64,000 nt of DNA from contig CM052817.1 in NCBI GenBank assembly GCA_028534125.1, positions 86,926,001 through 86,990,000 of the forward strand. Direction: 5' to 3'. The position numbers and the translations under genes were made by a program. Under the pieces are notes generated by a model, which was not told where the DNA came from, did no database searches, and saw only the letters and a list, made by a program, of their open reading frames with translations. This document shows, in pieces, positions 62,761 through 64,000 of this stretch. This DNA comes from Lama glama (taxonomy: Eukaryota). Position 1 is the first letter of the stretch. Each line of letters begins with the position of its first letter.

Positions 62761-64000
62761 AAAATACATTTTTATTATTTTGATTGTAGTATGTCATATA
62801 CGTTTAGATGGATTACAGAAGAAGTGAGAAAAATCATTACAAGGCGCTTTGTGCTACAAATTCTACATACTTCTTTCTCCTGAAGTTTGCAAACAGAGGT
62901 TAAGATCTAATTTGTGTGCTGCTAGGAGGAAGGAGACTCCTGTTGAAACTTCACTTAAGGAAAACAAACATTTGGACACTATCGTAAAAGAACAGCTTGT
63001 CTGGCATATCAGGAATAATTAAAATGGCAACATGGGCTTTGAAATCCATGGATATGGGTTCTAATTTTGGCTAAATCATTCCCTGGATCATTGGTAAGGA
63101 GGCAAACACCAACCCTTGGAGGATTAAATAAGTCCTTCTGTAAATAGTAATTTTTAATGACATCTGAAAGATATATTTCTTGATTCTCATCACCATACTT
63201 ATGGCAATGATATATTTTCTAGAAGTCAAAATTAATCAGACTATTTATCATGGAGTTAATCATGTCAGTGATTTTTACATTTTCTATTTGAAGACTTTTT
63301 GGAGAACAATATTGAAAAGAAGGGGATGGATTGTTAAATCTATATGAAGATAGCACAAATGGTGTACCAGTTTAAGAATTTTTAACAGTAAGAAAGAACC
63401 CAAAGCGATTAAAATTATGACAATGGTAAAGCACCTTAAAAATCTCCTTTTCACACACATTTTATTTTTTCAGGAAGATAGTTTATCTTAACCTGTCCAA
63501 CCTTCTGCTTCTCACATCAGATGACAGTACAGATTTGATATCAGTTATGTCAGTGAATGAAAGCCATATCTGAAGTTTATCTAACTCTGTCTTGAATATT
63601 CATATAGAGGAGCTTTAGCTGAATGTTCTATTTGTAACAATATTGACTTTTACAAAATTATTTTCTATTGTCAACATATACAATTTCAACCATTTGTAGA
63701 ACAAATTGTCTTTATATGGTATATAGGGAACCTGGGAATGCATTCATGACATTCTGTCTATAAAAAAATGCCCTGTTTTAAAAATTCATCTTAAGTAAAG
63801 AAATTATTTGTAAGCTGGGGACTGTTGAACAGTAATGTTCTTCAACCATGTCTTTTGGATAGCACAAATGAAAATAAAACTAAATGCTTTTTCTTTCTTT
63901 CTGCATACATAGATAAAACACATTTTATTGATATGAGTGTTCGAGAAAATTGTTTTGGAGGGTAATTTCTTTTACAGAGAAAGTCACTGAATATGGGCAT

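Noticed and set aside
1..64000. Prokaryotic-type systems, CRISPR arrays, tRNA or rRNA genes
   Set aside because: The sequence is a spliced mammalian locus; no repeat-spacer arrays or structural RNA genes were seen.

Overview
Mammalian genomic DNA containing the complete protocadherin-10 (PCDH10) gene on the + strand. It has a CpG-island promoter (about 1.7-3.1 kb), a long leader with many upstream ATGs, and five coding exons (3931-6558, 8177-8235, 8812-8918, 16793-17098, 42578-42597). These join in frame to 3120 nt, i.e. 1039 aa plus stop, ending ...PPYLTRKRIC. Exon 1 also reads through into intron 1 to give an 895-aa short form. The rest is AT-rich intronic and intergenic DNA with old repeats: MIR, L1, L2, MER53, MER94, an MLT1 LTR and a decayed ERVL-class provirus at about 51.4-56.3 kb with recognisable protease, RT and integrase remnants. 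There are also microsatellites and a 500-N assembly gap. A young L1 3' end and the absence of recognisable order-specific SINEs tentatively suggest a camelid. I found no convincing new biological system. The best leads are splicing and regulatory ones: a recursive-splice-type AG|GTATGG at exon 4, a bipartite CTCF-like site before exon 3, uORFs, and antisense splice donors at the promoter. Repeat family names come from memory of consensus sequences, not from a search.
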